Shown piece after piece: positions 61,482 through 64,000 of a DNA stretch of 64,000 nucleotides (positions within the stretch are counted from its first letter, which is position 1; each line of letters begins with the position of its first letter). Position numbers and translations under genes: made by a program. The notes under the pieces are model-generated. The model made no database searches. It had not been told where the DNA came from and worked only from the letters and a program-made list of their open reading frames with translations. This stretch comes from an uncultured delta proteobacterium (GTDB lineage: Bacteria > Desulfobacterota > Desulfobacteria > Desulfobacterales > JAFDCJ01). Location of the stretch: assembly GCA_963769935.1 (NCBI GenBank), contig CAVYNY010000022.1, forward strand, positions 288,001 through 352,000, read 5' to 3'.

Positions 61482-63732
61482 ATGAAATGGACACCAAAAA
61501 AATACCTCTCAGGTAATATCCTAAAGTTGTTAAAAATTCTGCTTTTACTGGCAGCATGGATGACTGCCATTGGCGTATCCGGTTGTACCCGGAACATTGA
61601 ACAATCTGCTCCACCGCCGGTTATACCGAAAGCGGACGGATTGGCCTCGGCCGGCAGGTTTCGCACGGTGGTAATAGCAGATATGGACAACGACGGTAAT
61701 TTGGATATCGTGGGAGGTGCCTCATCGCCCGGAATGGTGACGATTCATTACGGAGATGGCAAGGGCGAAATATCAAGCCCCCAGAATTTGCCGGTTGCCG
61801 GAGATGTGCGCTCGGTCGGGGTGGCGGATATCAATGAAGACGGATTACCTGATATCGTATTTTCCGTTCAAAAGGAGTCCTCGGGGATCAGAGTTTTTGT
61901 AAATCACTCCCGGCGCCAATGGAAACTCGAAAAGGGTCCCATCGAAATCAATAAATATGAGGGAATAAGAACCGCCGACATAAACGGTGACGGTCATCTG
62001 GATATTATTGCCGCAAATGCGACATCCGCCACCCAAGGCGGAATTCAGGTCTGGCTGGGCGACGGCCGGGGAAACTGGCCGATTGAATCCGGCCCCACCA
62101 TCAGCGGGGTTTACATGGATGTTCTGGCGGCTGATCTGAACCAGGACGGCAATCTGGATCTGATCGGGGCCGGCTGGGGGACTCACGGCGCCTTAAGGGT
62201 CTGGCTGGGCGACGGCGCCGGCAGTTGGTCATCGATAAATCCGCTGGAAAACGGCAGTTACTATGGCTTGAGCATTGGAGATTTGAATAACGACGGGCAT
62301 TTTGACATCTTGGCAGGGTCTCATAGAAAAGGAGTGCGGATTTTTCTGGGAGACGGTCGGGGAGATTTTCATAGGATTTTGAGCCCCGACGAGGTTCTGG
62401 AACGTCAGGTTAAGGGGCAGTCCAAAACGGCGGCCGGTGTCGGTAAATTACCAAGCCCTGGAAAAAACAGGAGTTTCTGGCAGGTACTCGCGCTTGATCT
62501 GGATGGAGACGGGCGCGATGATATTTTAGCCGGCTCACTGGATTCACAAGGCATAAGGGCCTGGCGCAATTTAGGGAATAAGGGCTGGAAGGCTATCGAT
62601 GGTGCATTTCCATCCAACGGCAACTATTATGGGATGGCTTTTGGGGATCTGGACCGGGATGAGAGCCTTGATATCTGCGCTGCCAGTTTTGGAGAAGGAA
62701 TAAAAATATGGCCCGGAAAAGGCGGTGCTTTTAAAATAGACCAGCAGCAAATTGAACGGTTGCAGACCTCGGATTCTCGCAACAATTCGACAGCACCGCT
62801 AGAAAACGATGTCTACAAGACTATCGGAGGGATAGCAGAATATAAAATTGATCCCGGTGACACGCTGGAAATTACGTTTATGGGAGGGTACGGCGGCCCA
62901 AAAAGAGGAAATCCTGGTTCGGCCGGATGGCAAGATTTCTTTCGGTTTCGTTGAAGATCTCGACGTCAAAGGGCTTACCGCTTCCGAACTGGATCGGAAG
63001 TTGACCCACAATTTAAGGGAATATGTCAAAAATCCACGCCTTGACGTGGTCGTAAAGAAATTTAACAGTAAATTTGTTCAGGTAGTTGGTGCCGTCGAAT
63101 CTACCAGGGAGGGCACAGGCCCCGGCAAATACCAGCTGAAAGGCAAGTCTACTGTACTGGAGATGATCGCTCAGGCCGGAGGGCCAACCAGGGATGCCAA
63201 CCTGAATGACGTCAGAATTCGTCGCAGCAACGGCCAGATAGTTTCTTTAAATCTTTTTAAGACGATCAATCAGGGAGATCTCAGCCAGGATCTGGTAGTC
63301 AATAACGGCGATCTGGTATTTATTCCCACGCTGGCCGAAAAAGGCAATCGGGTTTACGTCTTCGGCGAGGTCGAAAAACCGGGCGCTTATACATTTAGCG
63401 GAACCAATTTTCGGCTGTTTGATGCGATTTCCGACGCCGGAGGAGCCACCGTATTTGCCTCGACTGAGAATACCAGGGTGGTTCGCGGTGATCCAACCCG
63501 TCCGGAGTTCATTAGTGCGAATCTTAAAAACTTGATCGAAGAGGGCGATCAATCGCAGAATATGGTTCTGGCCAGCGGAGATCTGGTCTATGTGCCGCGC
63601 AGCGGGTGGGGGGATATCAACGTTTTAAATCAACGCATCCGGCCGCTGTTTGAACTGATATTGTGGCCGGCGCGCACTGTTATAGATTGGTATAATGCTT
63701 CGGATATCATTAGCAATGGAGGCAGTAATTAG
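61482..63732 (+). CDS. Lipoprotein with FG-GAP/VCBS repeats fused to a Wza-like polysaccharide export/SLBB domain; +1 frameshift near 62880
   Basis: Lipobox VSGC; seven D.N.DG..DI repeats; YKIDPGDTLEI..VRPDGKISF..V.GLT; VVGAV, VFGEVEKPG, GDLVYVP. Confidence 0.82.
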
Positions 63733-63751
63733 AGTTTAGGGAATTTGCACG

Positions 63752-64000
63752 ATGGCACAATATGATGTCGATTTAAGAGACTATTGGCGTATCATTAAAA
63801 AGAGAAAAACCTCGATCATATTTATGGTCCTGCTGGTTGGCATTTGCAGCTACGGGTTTGCCAAACTCAAGGAACCGACTCCGCTTTATGAGGCCAGCTC
63901 TGCCATCAAGATCGATCGGTTTTCCAACATGGCCTCCATATTAACCGGTGAATACTGGCGGCAATCGGAAAACATGGTAACCCATGCCTATATCATCACA
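63752..64000 (+). CDS. Wzz/Wzc-type polysaccharide co-polymerase, N-terminal part
   Basis: MAQYDVDLRDYWRIIKKRK + TM + PLYEASSAIKI; runs off the window. Confidence 0.85.
   Translation, partial: MAQYDVDLRDYWRIIKKRKTSIIFMVLLVGICSYGFAKLKEPTPLYEASSAIKIDRFSNMASILTGEYWRQSENMVTHAYIIT

Noticed and set aside
1..64000. tRNA, rRNA, transposase, integrase or reverse transcriptase genes
   Set aside because: None was recognised; no enzyme that could mobilise the repeat arms was identified in this window.

Overview
Bacterial chromosomal window; gene content suggests an anaerobic deltaproteobacterium (Desulfobacterales-like; an inference). Bases 1-21.9 kb (minus strand) hold a partial RnfB-GltD/NfnB-like oxidoreductase fusion, a radical SAM gene and a cell-division/cell-wall (dcw) cluster: mraZ, rsmH, ftsL, ftsI, murE, murF, mraY, murD, ftsW, murG, murC, ftsQ, ftsA, ftsZ, with no murB or ddl. 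Bases 22.7-64 kb (mostly plus strand) hold a large surface-polysaccharide region. It includes glycosyltransferases, a Wzx flippase, three AsnB-type amidotransferases, five methyltransferase-domain proteins (one fused to a kinase-like domain), an ABC/radical SAM-SPASM/S26 peptidase/nucleotidyltransferase cassette, WbqC/PIG-L/DegT genes, a WecA-like initiator, a degenerate HD-GYP protein, an ExeA-like ATPase, an FG-GAP-Wza fusion and the start of a Wzz/Wzc-like gene. Many genes, including ftsZ and ftsA, carry apparent single-base insertions that are probably assembly errors. The most unusual signal is non-coding. Most dcw gene junctions are filled with degenerate 7-, 8- or 9-bp tandem-repeat arms from about ten motif families. 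These follow a polarity rule relative to transcription: one orientation sits just after stop codons and the reverse complement sits just before start codons. A complete two-armed hairpin copy lies in frame inside murE.
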